DNA from: Candidatus Eiseniibacteriota bacterium
GTDB lineage: Bacteria; Eisenbacteria; RBG-16-71-46
Reading direction: 5' to 3'
Assembly: GCA_041492985.1 (NCBI GenBank)
Contig: JBGPXY010000003.1
Span: 1-45,979, forward strand
DNA: 45,979 nt
The notes under the pieces are model-generated. The model did no database searches. It had not been told where the DNA came from and worked only from the letters and a program-made list of their open reading frames with translations. Position 1 is the stretch's first letter; each line of letters begins with the position of its first letter. A program made the position numbers and the translations under genes. Shown here piece by piece: positions 19,178 to 29,968 of the stretch.

Positions 19178-19461
19178 CACTCGCTCCGGCCAGGCGCGGG
19201 TGCGCGCACGTCGTCGACGATCCCGACGATCGCGGCATCGGCGGGATTGTCCGGGTCGGGCAGCGCGTTCGCGGCCTCGCGGCCACGCACGTAGAAGACC
19301 CGCTGTCCGGGCGCGGCCGAGACCAGATCCACCGCCACGAGCGTGCGCCCCTGCGGCTCGCCATGCGGGTCGGTGGGCTGCATGAGCAGCAGCCGGTGAC
19401 CACGCCACGACGGCACCTTGACCGTGCACACCACCGTGCCGATGACGCGCGCGAAGTGCAC
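19177..19461 (-). CDS. BMC vertex protein (BMC-P, EutN/CcmL family)
   Basis: MHFARVIGTVVCTVK...LLLMQP...AVDLVSAAPGQ...DAAIVGIVD. Confidence 0.92.
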   Translation of the reverse strand: MHFARVIGTVVCTVKVPSWRGHRLLLMQPTDPHGEPQGRTLVAVDLVSAAPGQRVFYVRGREAANALPDPDNPADAAIVGIVDDVRAPAPGRSE

Positions 19462-20009
19462 TAGAACACCCGATCCTTCATCTGCGGGTGGAGCCGTGGC
19501 ACCACCACCGAGCGCACCAGCAATCCCTTCTGCAGCGCCTCTGCCCGACCCGCATCGACCGCCGCCTGCACGTCGCCGACCTCGCCCGAGAGGAAGACGA
19601 AGCCTTTGCCTCCGAGCCCATTGGCCAGCCGCACATCGCGCAGCGTGATCGCCGCCGCCTTGGCGGCGTGGTCGGCGGCGATGATCGCCGACGCCGCGGT
19701 CAGCGTCTCGATGACGCCCAGGGCGTCCTCATCGCGCGCCGGCACGGTGCCGCGCAGCGCCGGGATCACCATCGCGTGGATCTGCGGGATGAAGAGCGAG
19801 TCGAGCAGCGTGTCGGCCGCCACCTCGACGCCTCGTCCGAAGGCCGAGCGGACCGGTCCGACCTCGCCGCCGATCAGGACCCAGTACTTACCGGGCGAGA
19901 GCGTGCAGGCCTCGACCAGCGTCACCTCGGCCTGCTTCATCATGGCGTCGCCGACCACCGTGCCCTGCGCGATGCTGCTGGTCTCGACGGCGGCGATGGC
20001 GACGTGCAT
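19461..20009 (-). CDS. Tandem-domain BMC shell protein (BMC-T, PduT-like)
   Basis: 182 aa with two BMC domains (ETSSIAQG..GDAMMK..SPGKY; ALGVIET..ADHAAKAA..GLGGKG..GEVGDV..VVPRLH). Confidence 0.9.
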   Translation of the reverse strand: MHVAIAAVETSSIAQGTVVGDAMMKQAEVTLVEACTLSPGKYWVLIGGEVGPVRSAFGRGVEVAADTLLDSLFIPQIHAMVIPALRGTVPARDEDALGVIETLTAASAIIAADHAAKAAAITLRDVRLANGLGGKGFVFLSGEVGDVQAAVDAGRAEALQKGLLVRSVVVPRLHPQMKDRVF

Positions 20010-21430
20010 CACACGATCCGGAAGTAGTCGACGAGCGTGCAGCGCCGGAGCCGGGTGAAGCTGCGCGCCGTCGTCATGCCCTCGCCGGTCGGGCTGGCGA
20101 TGGTGAAGCTGGTCGGACCCTCGCCGCCGTAGCCGAGCCCGGCGAAATTGGGGCCGTTCTTGACGAAGATCGAGCAGTCGCACAGCCGCGCCATGCGCGA
20201 GAGCTTCTCGATGTTGCGCGAGTGCATCGAGGCGGTGTGGTGGAAGCCGTGCTCGACCAGCAGCGCGTAGTCGATCGCCTCGTCCACGGTGCGCACGCGC
20301 ACCATCGGCAGGATCGGCATCATCATCTCGGTCCAGACGAACGGATGATCCGCGTCCACCTCGCACAGGGCGAGCCGCTGGGTCGGGTCGCACGGGATGC
20401 CCGCCTCGCGCAGGATGACATCCACGTTCTTCCCCACGAACTTCCGGTTGATGATCGCGTACTTCCTCGGGCCCCGCTCCTCCTCGAGCACCAGCTTGCG
20501 CAGCTTCTCGATCTGGTGCGGAGGCAGGACGATGGCGCCCGAGCGGGCGAAGGCCTCCTTGAGGCGGTCGGCGATCACCGAGACGGCGATCACTTCCTTC
20601 TCGTCGGTGCAGACGATGTTGTTGTCGAGCGAGGCGCCGGCGACGATGTCGCGCGCGGCCTTCTCGAGATCGGCGGTCTCGTCGACGACCGATGGCGGGT
20701 TCCCCGGGCCCGCGGTGATCGCCTTCTTTCCGGCATCCAGCGCTTCGCGCACCACGCCCGGACCGCCGGTCACCACGTTCAGCCGCACGCCCGGATAGCG
20801 GAGCAGCCCCTTCGCCACCTCGAGCGTCGGCTGCTCGACCGAGTGGAGCAGCGGCAGCGGCGCCCCCGCGCGGCGGGCGGCGCGGTTGATCAGGTCGATG
20901 ACGAGGTTCGAGACCTTGCGCGCGTTCGGATGGGGGCAGAACACGACCGTGTTCCCGCCGGCGATCATGGAGATGCCGTTGTTGATGATGGTCTCGGTGG
21001 GGTTCGTGACCGGCGTGATCGTGGCGATGACGCCGTACGGCGCGCGCTCGGCGAGCGTCAAGCCGTGGTCGCCCGTCCACGCCAGCGGCTGGAGGTCCTC
21101 GGTCCCGGGCGTGCGCTCGGTGACGATCCGGTTCTTGAGGATCTTGTCCTCGACCCGGCCGAGCCCGGTTTCCTCGACCGCCACCTCGGCGAGCGTGCGG
21201 TACTGCCCCGCGAGCGTCTCGCGGATGGAGGCGATGATGGCCTCGCGCGTCGCCAAAGTGACCTGGTCGTACGCCGCGAACGAGGCGCGGGCCGCCGCCA
21301 CCGCCGCATCGAGGTCCGCGTGGACGCCGAGCGGCGCCGACGTGCCACCGGGCCGCGCGGGGGATTCGGCTTCCAGCCGCTCGAGCACCTCCGCGACGAT
21401 GCCGCTGATGCGCCCCGGGTCGATCGCCAT
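20009..21430 (-). CDS. CoA-acylating aldehyde dehydrogenase (EutE/PduP family) with an N-terminal encapsulation peptide
   Basis: TPGTEDL, TPVTNPTET, GPGNPP, catalytic Cys in DNNIVCTDEKE, SFTIASPTGEG; amphipathic leader ISGIVAEVLERL followed by a Pro/Gly linker. Confidence 0.93.
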   Translation of the reverse strand: MAIDPGRISGIVAEVLERLEAESPARPGGTSAPLGVHADLDAAVAAARASFAAYDQVTLATREAIIASIRETLAGQYRTLAEVAVEETGLGRVEDKILKNRIVTERTPGTEDLQPLAWTGDHGLTLAERAPYGVIATITPVTNPTETIINNGISMIAGGNTVVFCPHPNARKVSNLVIDLINRAARRAGAPLPLLHSVEQPTLEVAKGLLRYPGVRLNVVTGGPGVVREALDAGKKAITAGPGNPPSVVDETADLEKAARDIVAGASLDNNIVCTDEKEVIAVSVIADRLKEAFARSGAIVLPPHQIEKLRKLVLEEERGPRKYAIINRKFVGKNVDVILREAGIPCDPTQRLALCEVDADHPFVWTEMMMPILPMVRVRTVDEAIDYALLVEHGFHHTASMHSRNIEKLSRMARLCDCSIFVKNGPNFAGLGYGGEGPTSFTIASPTGEGMTTARSFTRLRRCTLVDYFRIV

Positions 21431-21453
21431 GCCGGTTCCGTCCCCCGGCGCGC

Positions 21454-21759
21454 TCAGCGCGCCGCCTCGGCCCGCTTCAGGTAGACGTCCTTGCCGCCGA
21501 TCTCGACCGCATCGACGATGCCGACGATCACGGCATCGACCGGCTTGTCGCGCGAGACCTCCGTCATGCGCGCCGAGGACCCCTGCGCCAGGAGCACGAC
21601 CTCGTCGGCGCCGGCGCCGACGGAGTCGGCGGCCACCACGTAGTTCCCGGTGGGCTTGAACGCCCCGTCGACCTCTCGCGTGAGCAGCAGCTTGAGGCCG
21701 AGCAAACCCCGGTCCTTGCGCGTCGCGACCACGGTCCCGAGGACCTGCGCGAGGAGCAC
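21454..21759 (-). CDS. BMC vertex protein (BMC-P, EutN/CcmL family)
   Basis: (V)LLAQVLGTVVATRKD...AADSVGAGADE...GSSAR...DAVIVGIVD. Confidence 0.93.
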   Translation of the reverse strand: MLLAQVLGTVVATRKDRGLLGLKLLLTREVDGAFKPTGNYVVAADSVGAGADEVVLLAQGSSARMTEVSRDKPVDAVIVGIVDAVEIGGKDVYLKRAEAAR

Positions 21760-21766
21760 GGGCAGC

Positions 21767-22066
21767 CTACTTCTTGGCGGCGGTTTCGGGACGGGTGATC
21801 GGCAGCACTTCTTCGAGCATGCCGTGCGGACGCGGGATGACGTGGACCGACACCACCTCACCGACCTTCGCGGCCGCCGCCGCGCCGGCCTCGGTGGCCG
21901 CGCGCACCGCGGCGACGTCGCCCCGCACGATGGTGGTCACATAGCCGCCACCGATCTTCTCGTAGTGGACCAGGCTCACGCGCGCGGCCTTCACCATGGC
22001 ATCGGACGCCTCGACCATGGCGACGAAGCCGCGCGTCTCGATCAATCCCAGGGCTTCTTCCAGCAT
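21767..22066 (-). CDS. BMC hexamer shell protein (BMC-H, EutM/PduA-like)
   Basis: ALGLIETRG...DAMVKAA...KIGGGYV...RGDVAAV...HVIPRPH. Confidence 0.96.
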   Translation of the reverse strand: MLEEALGLIETRGFVAMVEASDAMVKAARVSLVHYEKIGGGYVTTIVRGDVAAVRAATEAGAAAAAKVGEVVSVHVIPRPHGMLEEVLPITRPETAAKK

Positions 22067-22099
22067 GGAGCCACCTCTCGGAATGAAGGTCAGAACGGA

Positions 22100-22390
22100 T
22101 CAGGGGTCTGCGCTCGCCGGCCCCGCGATCGACTTCTCGAGTTGCGCTTCCGGTGCCGGGATCACGTGGGACGCGAGCACTTCACCGACCCGGGCAGCGG
22201 CCCCGACGCCCGCCGCGACCGCGGCTTCCACATCGGCGACCGGTCCCCGGACCAGCACCGTCACCAGCGCACCCTGGATCGACTCGTACCGCACCAGGCG
22301 GACGCGGGCGGTCTTGCACATCGCGTCGGCGGCCTCCACGGCCCCCACGAAGCCACGCGTCTCGACCAGGCCCAGCGCTTCTTTCGCCAC
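22100..22390 (-). CDS. BMC hexamer shell protein (BMC-H), divergent pore
   Basis: ALGLVETRG...DAMCKTA...ESIQGALV...RGPVADV...HVIPAP. Confidence 0.92.
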   Translation of the reverse strand: MAKEALGLVETRGFVGAVEAADAMCKTARVRLVRYESIQGALVTVLVRGPVADVEAAVAAGVGAAARVGEVLASHVIPAPEAQLEKSIAGPASADP

Positions 22391-22461
22391 CCTGTGGCCG
22401 GCTCTCCCAGTGCCTCGAAGGTCCTTGCGGCCACGGCGTTTGCCGAGTCGACCGCGGGCGG

Positions 22462-22490
22462 ACGCTAACAGGGTTGCCGTGCAGGGTCAA
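22462..22490 (-). promoter_or_regulatory. sigma70-type promoter of the BMC operon
   Basis: TTGACC-17 nt-TAGCGT with TGn extension, about 70 nt before the first BMC-H start. Confidence 0.65.
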
Positions 22491-22515
22491 CGCGAACCGG
22501 GGGATCGCGAACCGG
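22491..22515. repeat. Direct repeat CGCGAACCGG x2 (15-bp period) next to the -35
   Basis: Exact 10-mers at 22491-22500 and 22506-22515. Confidence 0.6.
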
Positions 22516-22649
22516 AGGTTCGAGCTGCGTGCGCTCGGAGAGGGCGATGTGGTCGCCGGAGCGCGTGCGTATCGGGATCAGAGGGGGCGTCGGACGGGGC
22601 TGCGCGGCGGGCAGCATCAAGGGCCCCGCCCGCGGATGGGGTATGCGGA

Positions 22650-22832
22650 GCAGTGTGGAGGTGCGCCGCGGAACGAGGCCCGAAAGAAGTTCCCCGTCTC
22701 GGCCGTGTACCGGTCCGTAAGACTCCTTCGCTCGCGATAGGGGGATCAGCCCACAGCCGGCCAATCACGAGCCGTACAGGGAACACATTGGATATTCGGT
22801 TTTGGTCCCGGACAACGGTGCCGGGCTCTGGT
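22650..22832 (-). ncRNA. Candidate structured ncRNA (long irregular rod); ends approximate
   Basis: Minus-strand arms GUUCCCUGUACGGC/GCCGAGACGGGGAAC, CGUG/CACG, CCGG/CCGG, CUGUGGGCU/AGUCUUACGG (G-U pairs work only on minus); no credible ORF; downstream of a sigma54 motif. Confidence 0.45.
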
Positions 22833-22842
22833 GGAGGGGTAT

Positions 22843-22858
22843 CGCAACCCCGGTGCCG
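22843..22858 (-). promoter_or_regulatory. sigma54 (-24/-12) promoter
   Basis: CGGCACCGGGGTTGCG, i.e. GG-N10-GC with GGCAC and TTGC cores at consensus spacing. Confidence 0.6.
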
Positions 22859-22959
22859 GGAGGCAGACGGGGGGCGGAAACGCCATGTCCCGGGGCCTCA
22901 ATCGGAAGCCAGCGCCGGTCTTGTGGGCGCGGGGAGGCGAGGGTCGGACGGGATGCTCT

Positions 22960-22986
22960 CCCCCATGCAGCTCCCACGCATGGGGG
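22960..22986. repeat. Inverted repeat CCCCCATGC-N9-GCATGGGGG (enhancer site or opp-operon hairpin)
   Basis: Perfect 9-bp arms; a third ATGGGGG half-site at 23011. Confidence 0.55.
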
Positions 22987-23058
22987 GTTTGCCCCCGCCG
23001 GGCCGGGTCGATGGGGGAAAGGCCGCGAGGTCGCGCTCGGCGGGGCGGCCGCCGGGCC

Positions 23059-25083
<2,025 letters not shown>

Positions 25084-25087
<4 letters not shown>

Positions 25088-26241
25088 CCGGTCCTCCCTC
25101 CCATCACCTTGCGCGGGTCGAGCGCGTCACGCAGGCCGTCGCCGAGGAAGTTGAACGCCATCACCGTCACGAAGATCGCCGCACCGGGCGCGAACAGCAG
25201 CCACGGGAAGGAGGTGAGCACGCGCACGCTCCGGGCCAGGTTTAGCATGTTGCCCCAGGAGGCCGCCGGTTCCTGCACGCCCAGGCCGAGGAAGGAGAGC
25301 ACCACCTCGCCGAGGATGAATCCGGGGATCGAGACCGTGGCGGCGACGATCACGAACGACATGGTGTTGGGCAGGATGTGGCGCGTGATGATGCGAAGGC
25401 GCCCCGCCCCGAGCGCCTCGGCCGCCGCCACGTACTCCTGGCGGCGGATGGACAGCACCATGCCGCGGATGACCCGCGCGAGGCCGGCCCAGCCGATGAA
25501 CGAGAGCACGACGATGATCGCGAGATAGACCTGCTGGCTCGGCAGGTCGGCCGGGAAGACCCCGCGCAGGGTGATGAGCAGGTAGAGGCCCGGGATGGTG
25601 AGCAGCAGCTCGGTGGTGCGCATGATGAGCGAGTCCACCCATCCGCCGAAGTATCCCGAGATGCCACCCATCAGCAGCCCGATGCTGAACGAGATGGCGA
25701 TGCCGAGCAGTCCCACGGTCAACGACACCTGGGCGCCAAACAGGAGCCGCGCCAGCACGTCGCGACCCGAGGGATCTGCCCCCAGCACGAAGAAGCGCGC
25801 GGGCGGGTCGACACCGAACAGGTGCCGGTCGCTCGCGACCACGCCGAACATCCGGTATGGGGCGCCATGCACGAACAGACGCAGCGGGACCACCTGAGTC
25901 CGATCCTCGTCGTAGCGGAACGACTCGCCGGCCACGGGCCGCGTCGGATGGATGAATGGCCACGGATGGAATCGCCCAGCCGCGTCCACCCAGCGGAGCC
26001 TCTGCGGCTGGTGGAAGAAACGGAAGCGGTCCATCTCCTCGGGCGGATAGGGCGCGATGAAGGGCGCGAGGAGCGCCAGGGTGTAGAGCACGATCAGGAT
26101 CGCGCCGCCGCCGACCGCGATCTGGCTCCGGCGGAACTGGCGCCAGAAGAGCTGCGCGGGAGTGAGCGGGGTGCCGGCGATCTCCGAGCCACTGTCGTCG
26201 GGGACGACGCCGCGCCCGGTGTTCGCCGCGGCGTCAGTCAT
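25084..26241 (-). CDS. Peptide ABC transporter permease (OppC/DppC-like)
   Basis: [31 protein letters not shown] loop, LSFLGLG..P..SWG. Confidence 0.94.
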
Positions 26242-27202
26242 AGGCGATCCGTGGATCCGCCACCGCCAGCAGGATGTCGGCGAAGAGGTTGCCGGCGATG
26301 AGCATCAGCGACGCCACGAGCACCGCTCCCATCACCAGGTACTGGTCCTGTCCCAGGATCGCGTCCAGGGTGATCCGGCCGAGCCCCGGCCACGAGAAGA
26401 TGATCTCGGCGACGAAGGCCCCCGAGAGCAGCGCGCCCAGTGTGAATCCGAACAGGGTGATGAGCGGGTTGACGGCGTTGCGCACCGCGTGCTTGAAGAT
26501 CACCGTGCGCTCGTCGAGCCCCTTGGCCCGGGCCGTGATCACGTAGTCCAGCCGCAGCACGTCGAGCAGGTTGCCGCGCATCTGCCGCATGCGGCTCGCG
26601 AGCGGGATGAGACCCACCACCAGCGCGGGAAGGGCCAGATGGCGGAGCAGATCCCCCGCCTTCCCCCAGAAGTCCATGTACTCCCAGTCGAGCGAGTGCA
26701 TCCCCCCGACCGGGAGGAGACCGGTCCGCGCCGCCACGAACAGGAGCAGCAGGCCCGAGAGCACCTCGGGGATGGAGAGCCACAGGAACGCCAGCAGCGA
26801 GAGCACCTTGTCCACCCAGGAGTACTGCCGCACCGCGGCCCACACGCCGAGCGGGATCGCGAGGCCCCAGGTGACGACCGCCGCGGCACCGGCGAGCAGC
26901 AGCGTGTTGAGCATCCCCTCGCGCAACACCGTGAACACCGGCTGATGGCGCGAGAACGACTGACCGAAGTTGAAGTGGAGGAAGATGTTCTTCAGATACA
27001 GGCCGTACTGCACCCACCACGGCCGGTCGAGGCCGAACTGGCGGGCCATCGCCTCGAGCGCCTCCTGCGAGACGTTCGGGTTCGCGCGCATGATGTTCAG
27101 GAAATCGCCCGGCGCCAGCTGGAGCAGGACAAACGTAAGCGCGGAGATCCCGAACAGCAGCGGGATGCTCTGCAGCACCCGCCGCAGGATGTAGGTGCGC
27201 AT
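26234..27202 (-). CDS. Peptide ABC transporter permease (OppB/DppB-like)
   Basis: MRTYILRR, FGLDRP, DYVITARAKGL, FSWPGLG, ADPRI. Confidence 0.94.
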   Translation of the reverse strand: MRTYILRRVLQSIPLLFGISALTFVLLQLAPGDFLNIMRANPNVSQEALEAMARQFGLDRPWWVQYGLYLKNIFLHFNFGQSFSRHQPVFTVLREGMLNTLLLAGAAAVVTWGLAIPLGVWAAVRQYSWVDKVLSLLAFLWLSIPEVLSGLLLLFVAARTGLLPVGGMHSLDWEYMDFWGKAGDLLRHLALPALVVGLIPLASRMRQMRGNLLDVLRLDYVITARAKGLDERTVIFKHAVRNAVNPLITLFGFTLGALLSGAFVAEIIFSWPGLGRITLDAILGQDQYLVMGAVLVASLMLIAGNLFADILLAVADPRIAYD

Positions 27203-27219
27203 CGATCGGTCGGCGCCCG

Positions 27220-29058
27220 TCAGGCCCGGGCCGCTTTGGCTTTCTTCTGGTAGACCCGATCGATGTTCCAGAGGAGCCGGTGTGGAATCACGCTCGGCTG
27301 GACGTTGCCGAACCGGTTGCTGACCGGGAGCCGCATGATCTGCGTCGGCAGCCAGATGAAGTAACACTCCTTGTTGACGAGATCCTGCATCTCCCGGGAG
27401 ACCCGCTTGCGCTCGACCATGTCGAGGGCGCGCAAGTTCGCGTCCATCAGCCGGTCGAGCGCCGCATCGCTCGCGCTCTCCGGGTGCTCCTGACGGATGT
27501 TCCAGTAGTGGGTAGGCCCACTCGATCGCCAGACGTTCTGCGACATGCCCGGGTCGGGCGGCACGCCGCTCTGGAGACCGCCCAGGATGCTCTCGTACTG
27601 AAAGTCCTCGCGGATGTTCGTGATCAGGGTGTTGAAGTCCATCCCGGTCGGGATGCACTTGATGCCGACCTTGGCGAGGTCGTCGCGGATGAAGTTGACC
27701 ATCGCCATGCGCAGCGCATTGTCACCGTTCGTCTTCATGGTGAAGCTGACCGTGTGGCCCCGCGGGTCCTCGAGGATGCCGTCGCCGTCGCGATCCTTGT
27801 AGCCGAGGCTGGCGAGCAGCCGCTTCGCCCCCTCGGGATCGTAGTCGGCGCCGGTGACCTCGGGCGTGTACCAGACCTTGTTGCCCACCGTCATGGTGGA
27901 CCAGTTCTTGACCCCGTCCCCGTAGAACGGCCCGCGGATGAGTCCCTCGCGGTCGATCGCCATCGAAACGGCGCGGCGGAACTCGCGGTCGCTGAACCAG
28001 GCGTACTTGACCTTGTCGAGCACCGGCTCTCCGACCCGCTTCCCCTTGACCGGTCGCTTCGCCTTGACGGTGTTGAGGTTGAACCAGAAGAAGCTCGAGC
28101 TCAGCGACGGACCGACGTCGTAGAGGGTGAAATCATCCGCCTTCGCCCGGTCCATGTAGGTCTTGTAGTCCTCCGGTTTCACGTTGTCGAGCCCGTCCAG
28201 GTCGCCGGCCAGGAACTGGAGCGCGGCGGTGTTCTGATCGGGCACGATCCGGAACACCAGCTCGTCGAGATAAGGCAGCCGGCGGCCCTTGGGATCGACG
28301 CCGAACCAGTACGGGTTGCGCTCGAGGACGGTCTTCTCCCCCGGGACGTACTGCTTCAGACGCCAGGGTCCACTGGTGACGAGGCTCTCCGGTGGCGTGC
28401 TCACGCTGTAGGCCGAGCCGAAGCTGCCGTTGAGGAAGGCGCCCTCGAGGATGTGCTTCGGCATGATGCGGATCGAGCCGATGATCTGCCGCAACATCGC
28501 TGAAGGGACCGCCGTCTTCACCACGATGGTGTAGGAGTCGGGGGCCGAGAACTCGAACGGCTTGCCTTCGGCCTTCAATAGATCCTGCATCGAGGGGTGC
28601 AGCGCCGGGTCGTTGATCACCCGCACCGCGAACATGAAGTCGTCGGCGGTCATCGGGTGACCGTCCGAGAAGCAGGCGCCGCGGCGCAGGTGAAAGGTCG
28701 TCGTCAGCCCATCCGGGGTCTGCTCCCAGGATTTCGCGAACACGGCGATGTCCTGCTGCGTCCCGTTGTCGTAGTCGACCACGCTGGTGAAGAGCCTGCC
28801 GTCGGTGAGGTCGGTGGACGAACTCTCGTTGGCGAGGAGGGCGTTGAACGTCCGTGGCGGAGTGGTCTGCCCGAGGACGAAGCGGCCGCCGTAGCGGCCC
28901 ACCTCTGGCATATCGACCGTCATGGTGTCCACCGGCAGCGGATTCTTGTCCACGAAGGCGGAACCGGCGAGCCCGGCACTTCCGCCGCATCCTGCCAATG
29001 TCCACGCGGCCCCGAGCAACGCCGCGACCAGCCCGAACCACTCCCTGCGACTCGACAT
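27220..29058 (-). CDS. Peptide ABC transporter substrate-binding lipoprotein (SBP family 5)
   Basis: Lipobox LAGC, FSDGHPMTADD, SGPW, LERNPYW, FRRAVSMAIDR. Confidence 0.93.
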   Translation of the reverse strand: MSSRREWFGLVAALLGAAWTLAGCGGSAGLAGSAFVDKNPLPVDTMTVDMPEVGRYGGRFVLGQTTPPRTFNALLANESSSTDLTDGRLFTSVVDYDNGTQQDIAVFAKSWEQTPDGLTTTFHLRRGACFSDGHPMTADDFMFAVRVINDPALHPSMQDLLKAEGKPFEFSAPDSYTIVVKTAVPSAMLRQIIGSIRIMPKHILEGAFLNGSFGSAYSVSTPPESLVTSGPWRLKQYVPGEKTVLERNPYWFGVDPKGRRLPYLDELVFRIVPDQNTAALQFLAGDLDGLDNVKPEDYKTYMDRAKADDFTLYDVGPSLSSSFFWFNLNTVKAKRPVKGKRVGEPVLDKVKYAWFSDREFRRAVSMAIDREGLIRGPFYGDGVKNWSTMTVGNKVWYTPEVTGADYDPEGAKRLLASLGYKDRDGDGILEDPRGHTVSFTMKTNGDNALRMAMVNFIRDDLAKVGIKCIPTGMDFNTLITNIREDFQYESILGGLQSGVPPDPGMSQNVWRSSGPTHYWNIRQEHPESASDAALDRLMDANLRALDMVERKRVSREMQDLVNKECYFIWLPTQIMRLPVSNRFGNVQPSVIPHRLLWNIDRVYQKKAKAARA

Positions 29059-29093
29059 GGACCTCTCCCCCCGACGCGTTGTCAGCGTGCGAT

Positions 29094-29894
29094 TTAGACC
29101 GCGGGCGCAGTATAGGAATCGCTTGTCGGACCGGTCAACAGAAAGGCTCCCGCCGCGGCATCCACCCGCCGCGACCGCGGGCCCAGCTCGGCGGCGAGTG
29201 AATCGGCCCAGCGTTCGAGCGCCGGCTCGAGTCCGATCCAGGGCGCCGCACCCGCCGTGGCGGACGCGAGCGCCCCTCGCACGCGCTCACGGCGGGACTC
29301 GCTCAACGGGAGGTAGTCGGCCAGCCGCAGGTGCCCGGCCCCCAACAGCACGCTTCCCTGCTGGAGCAGGGCCCGGGCGGTCCGCCGCTGGGCGCTGCCG
29401 ACCAGCTTGCGACCGCCGAGCACCACCTCGTGGCGCGCCGTGGAGGCGAAGCAGGGCGCGGCCGGGGCGATCCGGCCGCGTCCGCCCGGAGCGTCGGAGC
29501 TTTCCGATCCGTCACGCGGCGCGAACGCCGCCGGCACGCCGAGGCGCAGGAGCGAGCGGACGATCAGCGCACTGGCGCGGGCATACGCCTCGCTCAGGCC
29601 GCCTCCCCAGTCCCGGTCGTCGAGCGACGCCGCCAGCGAGTACGTCCACTCCTCGGCGTGGAAGATGGCCCGTCCGCCAGTGGGGCGCGACGCCCAGGAA
29701 ATATCGTCCGATGCGCAGCGCGCGAGATCCAGCTCGCGCGCGGGCTCCTGGTTGAGCCCCAGGGTGATGCCGTGCGGCACGAATCGGAACAGGCGCAGAA
29801 CCGGCTCGGCCCCCGCCTCGGCGGCCGCGAGGAGTGCCGTGTCGCGGCGCATGTTCTCGCCCGGATCATGGGCACCGTCGCACCAGAGGATCAC
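29094..29894 (-). CDS. Lipoate-protein ligase / octanoyltransferase (LplA/LipM-like catalytic domain only)
   Basis: NMRRDTALL, LRLF, RPTGGRAIFH, PCF, KLVGSAQRR, LLQQGS; GTG start after GAGG. Confidence 0.88.
   Translation of the reverse strand: MILWCDGAHDPGENMRRDTALLAAAEAGAEPVLRLFRFVPHGITLGLNQEPARELDLARCASDDISWASRPTGGRAIFHAEEWTYSLAASLDDRDWGGGLSEAYARASALIVRSLLRLGVPAAFAPRDGSESSDAPGGRGRIAPAAPCFASTARHEVVLGGRKLVGSAQRRTARALLQQGSVLLGAGHLRLADYLPLSESRRERVRGALASATAGAAPWIGLEPALERWADSLAAELGPRSRRVDAAAGAFLLTGPTSDSYTAPAV
29109..29138 (-). promoter_or_regulatory. sigma70-type promoter of the peptide ABC operon (inside the ligase 3' end)
   Basis: TTGACC-18 nt-TATACT, about 50 nt upstream of the SBP ATG. Confidence 0.6.
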
Positions 29895-29968
29895 GACCGC
29901 CTCGAGACTCCGGAGACCGCGAACCCCCGGCTGCGTGTCGCCGGGGGCGGGAGCCGCGACATGGGTCC

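Noticed and set aside
22689-22784. SRP (4.5S) RNA or tRNA
   Set aside because: No CAGG-GNRA-AGCA SRP helix-8 motif and no tRNA cloverleaf or T-loop in context
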